Below, piece after piece: positions 63,421 to 64,000 of a stretch of 64,000 bases of DNA. This DNA comes from Eutreptiella sp. 'Long Island Sound 2002'. Lineage: Eukaryota; Protista; Euglenida. The stretch spans positions 74,958,001 through 75,022,000 of the forward strand of contig OZ038378.1 in NCBI GenBank assembly GCA_964036045.1, read 5' to 3'. The position numbers and the translations under genes were made by a program. The stretch's first letter is position 1; every line of letters starts with the position of its first letter. The notes under the pieces were generated by a model that was not told the DNA's origin, made no database searches, and saw nothing but the letters and a program-made list of their open reading frames with translations.

Positions 63421-64000
63421 ACACTTGGAACGCCGGGGCATCCACCGCTTCGGGGCAAGGGCGTCTGCGGGTTTGGGAACACTAGGGCCTTCGCCGCCTT
63501 AGGAACTCATGGGCTTCCCCGGCTTGGGGCGGGTGCCTCTATGGCCTTGTAGAGCACCGAGGCCCTCGCCAATTTAGGGCAAGCCTCCCCCCCCCATTTT
63601 GTGAACACCGCGGCCTCCGCTACCTTGGGGCAGATGCCTCGGCAGATTTGGGAACACAGGGGCATTCGCTGCCTTAGGATCTCGTGGGCCTCCCCGGCTT
63701 GGGGCGGGTGCCTCTATGGCGTTGTAGAGCACCGAGGCCCCCGCCAATTTGGGGCAAGGGCCCCCACCAAGTTGGGAACACCGGGGCCTCCGCCGCTTTG
63801 GGGCATGGGCCTCCGCTGCTTTGGGTACAACGGGGCCTCTGTTGCTTTTGGCTAAGGCCCTCTTCGGTGTTGGCAACACCGTGCCCTTCGTACTTTGTGT
63901 CAGGCCCATCCCGGCGCTGGGGGGAGCCGGATCCTCCGCCAGGCTAGGGCGGGGGCCTTTAGAGCGTTGGGAGTAGCCGGACCTCCTACATTCTAGGTCA
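63420..64000 (+). repeat. SatA, + orientation (partly duplicating 61740-62130)
   Basis: Shared diagnostic stretch CCCCGGCTTGGGG.GGGTGCCTCTATGG...GTAGAGCACCGAGGCC. Confidence 0.92.

Overview
This is repeat-dominated eukaryotic nuclear DNA. The host cannot be assigned from the sequence; GT-AG introns, LINE and DNA-transposon relics and long microsatellites point to a large protist or algal genome. I found no intact housekeeping gene, and most of the ORF track is spurious translation of repeats. About half the window is one GC-rich satellite (SatA, core GGGGCCTCCGCCGCTTTGGG, ~20-25 bp monomers). It shows orientation flips, higher-order repeats of ~0.59, ~3.9 and ~4.5 kb, and variants that look like CpG decay. 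SatA is interrupted by four blocks. (1) A 1.5-kb element (6626-8142) with CACG...CGTG termini and an 8-bp TSD, carrying a tRNA-like head and a Cys/His ORF fragment. (2) A 6.39-kb non-coding palindrome-within-palindrome foldback element (15556-21945) with a 17-bp TIR and GT TSD. (3) A 23.3-kb block (34986-58294) bounded by ends of the same CACG family. It nests a 6.7-kb two-gene DNA transposon (36917-43605) whose decayed transposase has RAG1/Transib-like motifs and spacing but non-Transib ends, and whose introns are built from its own subterminal repeat. It also nests a 246-bp double-hairpin array, a PIF/Harbinger-type transposase relic and a decayed APE-RT-RNaseH LINE. (4) A ~0.95-kb unexplained insert near 62.5-63.4 kb. 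All family assignments come from motif reading by eye and need HMM or structure confirmation.
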